The notes under the pieces are model-generated. The model was given only the letters and a program-made list of their open reading frames with translations, did not search any database and was not told the origin of the DNA. A stretch of DNA of 63,925 bases, filler included, from Octopus bimaculoides (lineage: Eukaryota), in assembly GCF_001194135.2 (NCBI RefSeq). It is 5 parts of 5 records of this genome, joined end to end, with 100 filler letters (N's around TTAATTAATTAA, not from the genome) between each part and the next. Parts side by side here need not be neighbours in the genome. Positions count along the whole stretch, not along the records: positions 39,476 to 60,503 come from NC_068983.1; 4 more parts are not named here. One strand, written 5' to 3'. The position numbers and the translations under genes are program-made. Of the stretch, positions 39,930 through 51,600 are shown piece after piece (position 1 is the first letter of the stretch; each line of letters begins with the position of its first letter).

Positions 39930-41000
39930 TATGGGATTACCTTAGATTTCATGTCCATAAAGAGCTTGGCTTTATGGCATATCATCAGATCCCAAAACCT
40001 GTTGGCTAAAGGCCTTTCTAGAAAGTGGCCTCTCTAGAATATGGAATGAGGAGGAAAGGACCCCGTTACTTAATGTCAACAAAGGGGATTGTCTCCCCTT
40101 GGCTTTCGATTGCTGATATCAACAAAAGGGTTGTGTCCCTTTGGCTATCGATTGCTGGTGACTCTATTATCCTGTAGATTCTAATAGGCTAGCAGGAATT
40201 TCCTGAAATGTAAGCATGGTCTGAATACCTCCATTCTGGAGTTCAGGATGTTCCCTGGGTCAAGGGAGTCTTTTAAGAGCCTCACCCATTCCACTATGCA
40301 TAATTTACAGCAATTGGTCCTGCTGATATAGGGGCGTGGATTTTCTAGGATTTCCCATAATATTATGTATGGAATCTTGTCTATTAGCTGCCATACATGG
40401 TTGGCTAATGACATGATGAATCTCCTTTTCTGTATCCTAAAGGAGGATCTGTGGTTGGAGAGGTGTTGTTTGAATGAATTCCTGGAACAGCTGATGTATC
40501 TATGTGGTCAGGTGTTGGTGGTGGTGTGTCTTTTGGTGTCGGCATTGCTGCAGCCGCTGTTGCTGGAGTTGGCACTGTTGTTGCAATATATATGCATGTG
40601 TGCATATATGCATGTGTGCGTGTTTGTGTGTAAAAGAAGTATTAGTTGAGTAGAGACATTTAGATGTAGAACATATTACTTGGTTTACACATGAACGATC
40701 ATAGGAGTAGATGACCCTCATGTTCTTATGTCATTATTCTGGCCAGTCTTAGAGCTTATTAGGTTCTATATGTTATTGGTTTGTTATTTTGATGAACACT
40801 TTTCATTATTGTTTTGCCAGCTTCTGGAGGCGACTCATTTGGTGTTCGCTGCTCAACTGGGCCTGGCACAGTTGATTCTTTACAGTTTGGTTCATAAGAT
40901 TGATGTTCTGTTCTTCATTTGAACTGACTGTCAGCTGCCTTTGATAGATGAATGTGATTTTGATTTCTTCTGTATTTCTTTCTAGTGTGATACCATCAAG
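39930..41000 (-). mobile_element. Penelope-like element remnant: C-terminal GIY-YIG endonuclease region (40181-40414) plus 3' repeat region with HHR
   Basis: SLANHVWQLIDKIPYIILWEIL...YISRTNCCKLCIVE...LNSRMEVFRPCLHFRKFLL fits the Cys/His-rich tail of PLE endonucleases; upstream RVIYSYDRSC segment; no recognisable RT. Confidence 0.8.
39933..39993 (-). ncRNA. Type I hammerhead ribozyme associated with a Penelope-like element
   Basis: Stem I GGGAU/AUCCC; core CUGAUGA; stem II AUG-CCAUAAAG/CUUUAUGG-A-CAU; GAA; short stem III AUC-UAA-GGU; cleavage triplet GUA. Confidence 0.85.
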
Positions 41001-41560
41001 AAAAATTATCACTACGATAATTTATCTCTTGTACTTATTCCTGACACACCTTGTAATTGTTTAGAGTGGCACAGATTGGCAAAATGATTTTGCTTATGGT
41101 ATTTTGTGCATGTTTTCTATGGACATGGCATTGTTTATGCAGATGTATCCTTCCACATTTACCACCTGAATTGATAAGTCATTTCTAGGGCTTTTATTTT
41201 TATTTTTGGTTGGCATGCCTTTAAATTTCCTTAAGTTGTTTTTCCTCATCTGCTCATGCTTGTAATGCTTTTAACCTGTGTAACATTAATTTTGATTACT
41301 GCATTCAACAATAGCTTTTTTTTTTTTTAAACATAACTTCATGTCCTGAAGCAGTATCTCTCAAAAATCTTTGTTTTGTATTCCACATACGATTTTATCT
41401 CTGATTAAATGTCCTGTAAATTTCTGAACTCAGTCTTTAACCTTCAGCTTAATGTCAGTTAAATTTTTCTAATAGTTACTAATTTCTACTTTGTAGTGTG
41501 ATGGAGGAAAAAGACACCAGAACAAGAAGCAAAAGGGAGAAAGGAATACAGAGACCTTAC

Positions 41561-41952
41561 CTGTCGACCGTGGCGGGATGAGCGATCACTGACCAGATCA
41601 AAACACGACCTTTAATGCACGCCGTCTCTGCTTGAACTGCTCACACATGCTCGGTGTCATGCATGCGCCTGTCCCTCTTCCGCTGGCTCCTGCAGTCTTC
41701 ACTTCTGTCTGCCTCATCTGCAATCCTCTCCATCAACACCACATAGCTCATCACAGCCCATAATACCACAAACACCACATACTTAAAAAAATACATAGCA
41801 GACGTATATGATGTTTTTCCTAGTATGACAGTACTCTCAGAACTTTGCTTTGACAGTGATAATTTTGTCTTTATTGTCTGAGTTTTCAAATTCAAAAGAA
41901 TTGAATACTGTTGTATTTGAGGACCTGTGATGTAGAGATTTTTCTGTAACTC
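41561..41952 (-). other. Candidate 392-nt exon with an ATG-initiated, hydrophobic-leader ORF and an in-frame TGA
   Basis: Acceptor tttaattttatttattcacttgctgcag|GAG and donor GACAG|gtaagg; CpG-retaining 3' half; MYFFKYVVFVVLWAVMSYVVLMERIADEADRSEDCRSQRKRDRRMHDTEHV* then open to the donor. Confidence 0.5.
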
Positions 41953-42179
41953 CTGCAGCAAGTGAATAAATAAAATTAAAGGAGAGAATATATACTCATG
42001 TTTATGATTGTGCCAGGTTTCTTTTGTGGTGAGAGGTTATTTGATTTTGACACCATATTATACTGTTTTGTAGTGATATATGTAATTAGATAAAATAAGA
42101 GGAGACTTCACATGTATTTCAGGGCCATTAGAGCAAAGAAACAGGCCTAAAAGAGTGTTGGTAGCAAGGAACTATATCA

Positions 42180-43550
42180 GGTAGCAAGAAAGGAAACTAG
42201 GAGGCAGGTATACCCAGCCAGGTGTGAAGCAGAAAGGAAGAAGTTTGCCAATGTTCTGCAACGTGTGGATCAGTGGCCTGAAGTGTTTTGGTTCGCAAGA
42301 TAGTGTGTCAGGGAAAATTGTGATGTTGCTGGAGAGAAGTGAGTTTGCATAGATGATGGTTCGCTTGTAGTTAGTGACTTTGCAAAGAAAAAGGCTTGGA
42401 AGTGCCACTGGGAAAATGTTGAGAACTCATGGGAAAAGGAGAGTCTTCATAATGTGGATCCAGCTATTTGAATAGACAGTAGCTTGGTAGATAAAGCCAT
42501 AAAGAATATGAAGATAGGGAAAGCCCTTGACTCATCAGAAATCACTGCTGAGATGCTTAAAATATCTGGTAGTGTGGGTTATGGTCTAGTCAAAAAGGCA
42601 AAGGTGATGTCTTAGACAAAAATAATTACAGAAGTATCAAATTGTTGGATCAAGTGATGAAAGTTGCAGAAACAGCCATAACCCAACTAATTAGGAAAAG
42701 AGTTAGTCTAGATGAGATGCAGTTTGGGTTTGTGCTAGGGAGAATCACCAATGATGCTACATTCCTGGTAACACAGCTACAGGAGAAGCGCCTAGCCAAA
42801 AGTAGACCTTGGTATTTGGCTTTTGTTGACATGGAAAAAAAGCCTTTAACAGGATCCCCCTCTCCCTTATCTGGTGGTCATTGCGAAAACTAGGGATAGA
42901 GGAATGGCTGGTAAGAGCTGTACAAGCCATGTACGGTGGGTGCTGTCAGTAAGGTGAGGGTTGGCAATGAGCATAGCGATGAATTCAGTGTACAAGTAGT
43001 TCACCAAGGACTGATCTTCAGCTTCCTCTTGTTCTTCATAGTCCTCCCTGCAATAATGGAGGAATTTAAGTCAGGTTGCTCCTGGTATCTTCTCTATGTT
43101 GACGACCTTGTTCTTATAGGGAGAATTCACAAAAAAAAAACCAACAAAAAGACGAAGACAGGTGGTATAGACAACAAACAGATGTATTAGTTTAACGCTC
43201 GGGAAATGAAGACGTTTTTAACATTTCGAGCCTACACACTTCCACAGAAAGGAACACAGAAGGAAACAAAGAGAGAAAATAAAGAATGTATAGTGGCTTA
43301 TAACTGAATCACTACCAGAACTGGAGAAAAGATTTCGGATGTGGAAGTAAGGTCTAGAATCAAAGGGCCTTAGAGTTAATTTAGCAAAAACCAAAGTCAT
43401 AGTAAGTAGGAAAGTGGACAAATCACAAATCCCTTCAGGTAAATGGCCCTGATCAATATGTAGAAAAGGCATAGGTAGAAACTCTGTAAAGTGTACCCCA
43501 TGCAAGCTATGAACACATAAGAAGTGCAGCAATATCAGAGGAAGGTCGAT
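42180..43550 (+). mobile_element. RTE-clade LINE, decayed RT region, interrupted at 43119-43296
   Basis: KAIKNMKIGKA...ITAEMLK; EMQFGFVLGR...QLQEK...LAFVDMEK; VHQG...LLYVDDLVLI; GLRVNLAKTKV. Confidence 0.92.
43119..43296 (-). mobile_element. Family-5 ~178-bp unit inserted into the RTE ORF with 6-bp TSD (CTTATA)
   Basis: cttata at 43113-43118 and 43297-43302; removing the insert restores DDLVLI-x-ESLPEL; HHR-like core at 43216-43251. Confidence 0.85.
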
Positions 43551-43689
43551 ACATCTTTTCAAAAGAATTTTTTACAATGATATGAGATTAGTTAGCTTGA
43601 ATTTTGTTATCAGTCTGAACTGAATCTAAGGACAGTAACTTCAGTATTCTGGAGAATTTGTGGTAGTTTATATTCCTACCACTTCTCTT

Positions 43690-44520
43690 TGTGAGGGTTG
43701 TATGTGTGGCATATTGAACAGTGCATGTACTGAGTTGGTCTTCCTGGGTCTATCTCTACTAGACATTCCCTTCACAGTTAGAGATTGGCACAGCTGTCCT
43801 CATCCATATGCATCACATGACCATACTAGTGCAGATGTCTCTCTTCCATACCACATTTGATCCTTCTTATGCCCAACTTTTCTCTCAAGATGCTTATACT
43901 CTGTTGAACATGCACACTGATGTTGCACATCCAGTAAAGCATACTGGCTTCATTTCTTTCAAGTTTACACATCTCGGCTGCCACAGCCTATGTTTCACTG
44001 CCATGTAGCATAGCTGTTCACACACAGGTATCATACAATCTGCCTTTCACTCTGAGAGAGAGGTCCTTTGTTGCCAGCAGAGGTAGGGGCTCTCTGAACT
44101 TTGCCCAGCCTAATCTTATTCTCACAGCTACACTCTCAGAACATCCACCTCTGTGACTAACTTGGTCACCTAGATAATGGAAGTTGTCTATTACCTCTAG
44201 CTTACCCACCTGGCAGTTGATGTTTATTGTTTCTGTGCATCTTCCACACACAAAAGCTATTTTCCCTGGTAACCCTCCTCTGATTTTGCTGCACCTCTTA
44301 TGTGTCCAAAACTTACACTGGGTGCATTTTATGGAGCTTTTACCTATGTCTTTTCTACAGATCAAGCAGGGCCATTTACCTGAAGGGATTTGTGATTTGT
44401 CTGCCTTCCTACTTATTAAGATTTTGTTTTTTACTAGGTTAACTCCAAAACCCTTGCTTCCGTATCTGGAACTTCATCTCATCATCATCCTCATCATCAT
44501 TTAATGTCTGTTTTCAATGC
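43690..44520 (-). mobile_element. Second RTE copy of the same family, C-terminal RT region, inverted
   Basis: KWPCLICRKDIGKSSIKCTQCKFWTHKRCS...LEVIDNFHYLGD...RIRLGWAKFRE...VKGRLYDTCV...MLHGSET; an RTE-type (CAT)n tail segment lies at 44480-44520. Confidence 0.9.
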
Positions 44521-44589
44521 TGGCATGGGTGTTAAATTGGTCCCCACACAAATGTGAAGGGAACAGTGTATGTGTCCTGCAATGAAGTG

Positions 44590-45180
44590 GTCAAAGATGA
44601 ATTTGGTTGAGGATTTCAGGTATCTTGGTAGTTGGGTAAACAGTTCTGATACTGACATCAATGTCAGAAAAGCACAACCTTGGACATTGTGCCACAAATT
44701 CACTCCTGAGAATATGCAAGTCAAGACTGTCAAGGGGAATAAGAATCAGACTTCCTTACTACTGTTGAGTCAGTTCTCTTGTAAGGCAGTGAAGCATGGA
44801 CACTTATCAAACAAGCAAAGAAGAATTTAGAAGACTGTTTCACAAGGATACTGTGAATAGTCCTAGATAAAAAAATGGCAACAATACATGCCCAATGAGC
44901 ATTGGGTATGTATTGGAAGCCTTCCAAAAACGACCAACAAGATCAGAGAACGATGTCACCACATATGAAGTCATTGCATGTTGCACCAGGAACAAGCATC
45001 AAAACTTGTGCTCTGGAATTCCCAATATGATACTGGCAAATGTGAGAGAAGTCATCTTACATTTATTGACAGTCTGAAGGAGGACATAAGATTGGATTTA
45101 ATTCACAAACTGAAGGTGACAATGATGGATCAAGATGTTTCGCAAAATGGTTTGGTCTTTGAGGGCAGGATAGGAGATTG
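44590..45180 (+). mobile_element. RTE-clade LINE (different subfamily), C-terminal RT region
   Basis: VEDFRYLGSWVNSSDTDINVRKAQ...TTVESVLL.GSEAWTL...KLVLWNSQ...LTFIDSLKED. Confidence 0.85.
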
Positions 45181-45401
45181 ATAAAAAAAGGAAACCTATG
45201 ATTAAGTTATTCATTATATTCATTCATTTATAGAATACCAATGCAAAGTTTGATGAAAATGTGATTGCTCACTATTTGGTCAAACGACAGTATAAAAGTT
45301 CTCTCATTGTTTGTATTTACCACTTTTTTAACGCTGTTAATGTTGCTTTACTTTTGCTGCAGCAAACATCAACTCTCATAGTCCCTTCAGCAGCTACAAC
45401 A

Positions 45402-45437
<36 letters not shown>

Positions 45438-47299
45438 AACTCTATCCTGAAAACACTACCTCTTTCCTTCATTCAAGACTAGGGGTGTGGAACTCCTTAC
45501 CCATAGGCAAAATGTCAATGGTATTCAAATTTGAAACCATTTATAGATGAAGTCTCTAAAAATCCATTTGTAAAAAGTTTAAACTAGTCGTCAATCCATC
45601 TTCCCTGCCTACTATTTCTGGGAGGTTCATGGGGGTAGAGTGCTCAGACACTTCCTTCATGAGGTCCTATTGAAAGTAATTATAATTAGACTTTCTGGAT
45701 TCCTAAGCATGGCCACTAAGATTATGGCTATTACCCAACCAGCTTATTCTTGGTCTACCCCTATATCTCCTGCTGATTGGCTTGGCTTGAAGGAGCTATC
45801 TTGCTATTCTTTCTTGTGACATTCTAATCCTATGTTTGTAACTAAGGAGAGTGCTTCTACATGTTCACTTGACCTGTTAAAAATAGCAACCTAATTCCCA
45901 TTAAACCACATCATATCAGCTTTAAAGAGAGAGGATATATTTGATAGTCTTGGGTATATTGTTTGAATATTAAATAAGCTAGACATGGCTGGAATGCTTT
46001 GATCATTGGTCAGTTTAACTGGGGTTGGGGTGGTGATGCTGTCAAACTGCAAGAGCAGGTATGCAGAAATAGACTGAATTGAGGAGAGAGTATAACATGT
46101 CCAGACTATCACATTGCACCCCATACAATTTTTCATTGCATCTCCAAATGTGCATGTTGTCTTTAACAAAGCATATTCAAGGTTTATCAGAAGCTATCTG
46201 TGAATTATATCTAATTATTTAACTACTGTGCTGGGTAAAGATCTGCTGAATCAGGGTTGAATTTGGGTTAGATAACAGCAAGAACAATAGCAACAATTAT
46301 TTTCACATAAATAACAACTATAATCAGTACCTTAATCATGCTCAAGTTGTATATTTAGAAACTATCTCTAATATCTGATATATTGTTTCAGAGGGTATAC
46401 GTGTAATGAATAGTCTACACATGATATTCTCTCATGTAATTCTACACAGTATAAAAGCTAATGTTATATAATTATAGCTCACAGGTAGAATGTGGTTGCA
46501 TACCAGAGCTTGCTAGAAAGGTGTCATATGAAAGTTGTTACAGAGATAAAAAAGCAGACTTTATTTATCTAAAAGTACACTAAACAATAATGATTACAAT
46601 AAAACAGTGTACATTTATGTTTATATGCTTGTGTATACTCAAATGTGGAATGAACTCCACTGCAGCAACTGTCTTGGAAGAGAAATTCTCCTTATAGACA
46701 ATGTGTGTCTGAAACCACACTGAACTGGGCCATCAGACTGCATTGTTATCTTTCATCAGCTACAAACACTGAATCCATCGTTTATAACCCACTAAGAACA
46801 GGAAACAATAAATTTACTGGGGTGTGCAAAGCTTTGTTAAGCTAGAATTAATTAATGAAAGGCACTCAAAGCAGTGATCATTAAAATAAAGCTGTGTAGA
46901 TTTATATTTACTGTGTTAATGTACACATAAATGTAGGAATTTTCTTGAAGTAAATGTGTTTGAAAATACACCAAGTTAAGTTATGAATGATGTCATTAGA
47001 TTGTAGAATGCATTTTTTTAGCTAAGAATTATAGGAATACAATGTAGTTATCATGGAATACAACAAGACTTCTTCCAAAAGCAATGACATTCCTGTTGAT
47101 TAACTATATTCAACCCTGATTGAACTTGACCCATGATTAAAGGTATTCCAGCTATAACCAACACTTTATTGTTTTGTTTTCAAGCATAGTGCATTTAGAA
47201 TGCTATGTGATCAAATATTCTAAAGTGAATCCAGAGAAAAGTCACTTGACTGATTTGATCAATTGCTAATGGACATGTTCCAGCCTTTGGTTTACAAGA

Positions 47300-47545
47300 G
47301 TGCTCTCATCTCTCTGTCTTTTCTGTCACTACTATAATGGACTCTGTTCTTGGGATCAAGCTAGTCTCATACCTCCTCCACTTAAACACTCTTACTCCAC
47401 CCATCTCTCAACCTCTTATCACTCTTGTTACCACCCAGACTGCAATGTTCAGTCCTTCCTTCCCAGAAAGTTGTCTCTCTGGAATCTTTTTCCTGTTTGT
47501 AGCTTTCCTGAAAATGTTTACCTGCAGCAGTTTAACATTAATGGC
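47300..47545 (+). mobile_element. L2/Crack-like LINE 3' ORF relic
   Basis: LCLFCHYYNGLCS..ASLIPPPLKH...QSFLPRKLSLWNLFP...FPENVYLQQF. Confidence 0.7.
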
Positions 47546-47764
47546 ACCAAGTACACCAATGTAGAAGGACCTACAAAAGGCCGTATTATGGGCACTGCCC
47601 TTTCCTTCAGATTGAACATATAAAATGTGAAGTACCGTATGTATCTAATATGTCCCTCCATTTTTTTGAAATGGTAGGTTAGGCTCATACTTCTTATTTT
47701 GGCTTAGTTTATCACAATACATCAACTTAAAAGTTTAAGTAAAATCCATGAATGACATCTTCAA

Positions 47765-48150
47765 CATCATCATTTAACATCCACTTTCTCATGCTTGCAA
47801 GGGTCAGATAGAACTGGCTGAGACAGATTTTCTATGGCTGGATGCCCTTTCTGTCACCAACCCCCACTTGCTTCCAAGCAAGATAATATTTCTCCAGACA
47901 TAGACATACATGTAAGATATTGATTTAACTCATCATCATCCCCATCATCATCATTGCTTTGACATTCACATTTCCATGCTTGCATGGATAGAGTTTGTTG
48001 TGATGGATTTTCTACTGTTGGATGTCCTTCCTGTCATTAATCATCATGTTTCCAAATAAAGTACTATTTCCTCATGACCAGACATGTTTTCTTGGAAGAT
48101 TGGAACTGAAGGACACTGCTTGCATGATGGTGGCACTCATTTACAACTAT
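47765..48150 (-). mobile_element. Two tandem RTE 3'-end-like repeats with (CAT)n tails
   Basis: catcatcatttaacatccactttctcatgcttgc...ggatgcccttctgtc, present twice; related to 44480-44520 and 54859-54920. Confidence 0.6.
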
Positions 48151-48289
48151 CATGGAATATTAAGACAAAGAGAAAGTAACACACACACAAACACACATAC
48201 ACACACACACACACACATGCACACACATACACACCACACATACACATGTCTGTATGTGTATATGTGTGTGTGTACATCTGTGTGATGTA

Positions 48290-48838
48290 CAGGGTACCCN
48301 NNNNNNNNNNNNNNNNNNNNNNNNNNNNNNNNNNNNNNNNNNNNNNNNNNNNNNGAATCCATAAAAATTTTATTAAATACTACAAAGGACTTAAACTTTG
48401 GTCTGTGAAGGATCATTCCCTTTACATAAAAGTCATGTTCTTTTCAAAATATGCTCTAAATGGCATACATTGCGCAAGCACTTGCATACATTGTGCAAAA
48501 TTGTCAATTACTCAAACACACTCCTCTTTGGAGATTTCCCTGATTTCTTCTGTGATTACTGCCTTCAGTTCACCGATCGTTTGAAAGTTGTTCTGGTAAA
48601 TATCATCCTTGAGACACCCCAACAGATAAAAATCTGGTGGGTTTAAGTCAGGTGAATATGGTTACTGCTCAACATCACACTTCCTGCCGATCAGTCTCTC
48701 CTGACATCGCTCTCTCAGCCAGGCTAAGGAGTCATTTGATGCATGGGGGTGGAGCAGTGGCCCCATCTTGCTGGAACCACTGTTCATCTCTATCTATCCC
48801 TCTGCATTGTGGGTTCTGTTTTGTTTTGGGTCACCCTG
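48290..48838 (-). mobile_element. Internally deleted Tc1/mariner-superfamily element with DDxD-type (maT/DD37D-like) catalytic relic
   Basis: TA|cagggtaccc ... gggtcaccctg|TA termini; WFQQDGATA...PYSPDLNPPDFYLLGCLKDDIYQNN..TIGELKAVIT. The third catalytic residue is D; spacing is broken by a frameshift. Confidence 0.8.
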
Positions 48839-49479
48839 TACATGTCTGTATGTATGACTGCCTGTGTGTATTTTTGAGTGCATGTGTATGAGTATACATA
48901 CATACATTTCTACTATTAAATCTAATTACCTTTTGGATATACACTTTTTATATGCATCAGTACTGACTTTCTCACTGGTAATGTCTTCCCCATATATTGC
49001 ACAAATGTAATTCTTTTTTCCAAGTAAATTGCACTTCATATTTGTGACTCTGGTGAAGTTATAGAATGTTGTTCAGACACTCAACTGCACCCACTGCATC
49101 TTATAGCAGAAACAGCTGTAAGTTTATGACGTTCATAACAGAACTGTTTTTTCCTGTGTCATCTTATTTTCTTATTACTGCTCCATGCTCGTCTAAGAAT
49201 TTGTTCTTATGCATATGTATATTGAGTTCTACATCAGGTTATTAGTCTTGTAATGCCAAATTGATATGTATATATACACTACTATCCAAAAGTTTAAGAG
49301 CACCTAAACTTATTTTGAAAAAACATCTACAAAATGGAAATAGCTGAGAGATTCTGGTGAAATATTTTATTAATGCATAGTTACATTCAATGGATGACAT
49401 AGTGAACTCAGCAACTAAACAAAACTGTGAAAAATCAGAGAAAAACACTAAATCTTAGACTCATATCAAAATATTTGCC

Positions 49480-50465
49480 CTAGGCCTTGATCACTATGGA
49501 GCACACTCTGGGCATTCTTTTGACCAATGAAAGCAGATATTTGCTAGCTACATTTTGCCACTCCTCTTGTAAGAGTGTCCAGAAGGTTTCTGCACTACTT
49601 GGTTGTCACTTTTTGACTGTGATCCAATTCATCCGACACAATTTTGATGGGATTGCAATCGGGGGATTGGGTTGGCTGTTCCTTCACAGTCAATATTTTT
49701 CATCCATTTTTTTCCCGTAAATAGTTTTTGTATTGCTTAGAAGTATGTTTAGAATCATTATCTTGCATCATTATTACTGATCAGTCTTGCCCCAGATGGA
49801 ATGGCATGACAGTAGAGGATAGAGTGATAAATGTTTTGGTTCAATATTCCTGTTACCCAATGAATATCTCTATCACTATTGCCTGCAAAACACCTCCAGA
49901 TCATCACACTTTCCCTGCCATTCTTTACAGTTGGAACTATACATTTAGGAGTCATCTGTTCACCAATTCTTGGCTTCACGTAAACTCAAAGATTTCAAAC
50001 TTTGATTCATCAGTCCAGAGGACTTAATTCCATTGATCAACGGTCCAGGTTTGGTATTTTCTGGCCGATAAGAGTCACATTTATTCACAGGTCAAAGCAG
50101 TGGTTTCCTGGCAGTGCAACAACCATTTAGACTTGCAGAATGAGTTTTCTCTTCATGATTGTAGGAGAGACATTAGCTTTGTTGGCTTCACTTACTTGTG
50201 CAGTGATTTTATTTGCGGTCAGGTGTCTGTTTTGAAGACTGGTGACTCTGGTGAGCTTGTCCTCTGATTTAGAAGTCACTTTTGGATGACCTGACTGAGC
50301 TCTGTCATTACTTTTTCCTATTTCCTTATATCATACAATGGCGGAGTTGATGGCAGTGTAGGGAACTTTAACCTTTTTGGCTATTCTATACTGTGTAGAG
50401 TTTTATAAGTACTACCTTACCTAACATCAAAGCTATTTCCACTTTTAACATAACTTGACAACCAT
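49480..50465 (-). mobile_element. Tc1-family transposase relic
   Basis: RIGEQMTPKCIVPTVKNGRESVMIWRCFAG...YHSILYCHAIPSGARL...QSPDCNPIKIV...LQEEWQNVASKYLLSLVKRMPRVC. Confidence 0.9.
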
Positions 50466-50924
50466 TCCTTTGAAGTGTGAAATTAATTCCCCAACTTTGT
50501 TTAATAATATTAGATAGACTCAAGTTCTTATGAGATCCTGCTCAATCTCTTGTGATCCTTATTCATTGCATATCCTGATTGCTATGCATAATCTACAGAT
50601 TTTTTATGAGTCATATCTTTAACACTTAATTTTCTAAATCTCTACCAGGATATGATATATAAACAAACCAGCTACTATGTGAGCCTCTATATGGTCACAC
50701 ATCCTGTTAGAAATTGCAGCCAACTCTCACACAAAAAAGACCCTACTGGGTTATGAGTCATGAATACATTATGCCTGAAAATAAAAGAATTGTAATGACT
50801 GAAACATCTTTATTCATAGGTTTGCTTGATCTAGAGTTAATCAACAGCAACAACAACATATGTAAACAAACTGAGATAACAAATGTCATGTTTGAGGCAG
50901 TAGGTATGTGTATATGGTCAAGAT

Positions 50925-51110
50925 GTGTGCTTCATAACAACATGGTTTGGGTTTGATACCACTGTGCTACACCTTGGGCAAGAGTCTTCTACCATAATCT
51001 TAGATCAACCAGATCCTTGTAAATGAAATTTGGCTGGCAGAAACTGTGTATGGCCATTGCATGGTTAAAATCACTACTTGTTCTTTGTACACATTTAGTT
51101 GGATAACAAA
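50925..51110 (+). mobile_element. Family-2 CORE-like SINE, degenerate
   Basis: gggtttgataccactgtgctacaccttgggcaagagtcttctac. Confidence 0.7.
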
Positions 51111-51199
51111 AGCTATGAGGTACTTCCAGTGGGCCTTCTGAGCATTTGAAGGAATTTACTTTGCATGTCTTTTTTTTTTTACTAAGTTCTCCTGTCATA

Positions 51200-51600
51200 T
51201 ATGTAGTCTGCCTTCATTGTCAGTGAGCCTGTAATCCCATTAAAGCTCTTGGGTATCCATAGACTATACAGGGTGCATTTACCTATTTTTTTATTGCGTA
51301 TCAGGCACAACCATTTCTCTGATAGTTGCAGAGTCATATCTTCTCCCCTGCTTGTACTAATGCCTTTTGCTTTTTATGAAGTTCACTTTGAAGCCTCTTG
51401 ATTTTATATTTTGCTTCCTTGTCAGGAATTTTTTCTCTAAATCTTCTACAGAATTGGCCATAAGAATTAAGTTATCAGCAAACAAAAGTTCCCATGAACA
51501 GCTGGTCTTAAACTCCTCTGTTGTGATCTAGTGAGCTATAATAAACAGGAGAGGGCTAAGAACTGAACCTTAATGGACCTCAACCTGCATGCTAAATTTT
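51200..51600 (-). mobile_element. RTE RT fragment
   Basis: VH.GSVLSPLLFII...EEFKTSCSWELLFADNLILMANSVEDLEKK. Confidence 0.85.

Noticed and set aside
49025-49117. Good acceptor and gtaagt donor on the plus strand
   Set aside because: All three frames contain stops, and nothing else supports a non-coding exon.
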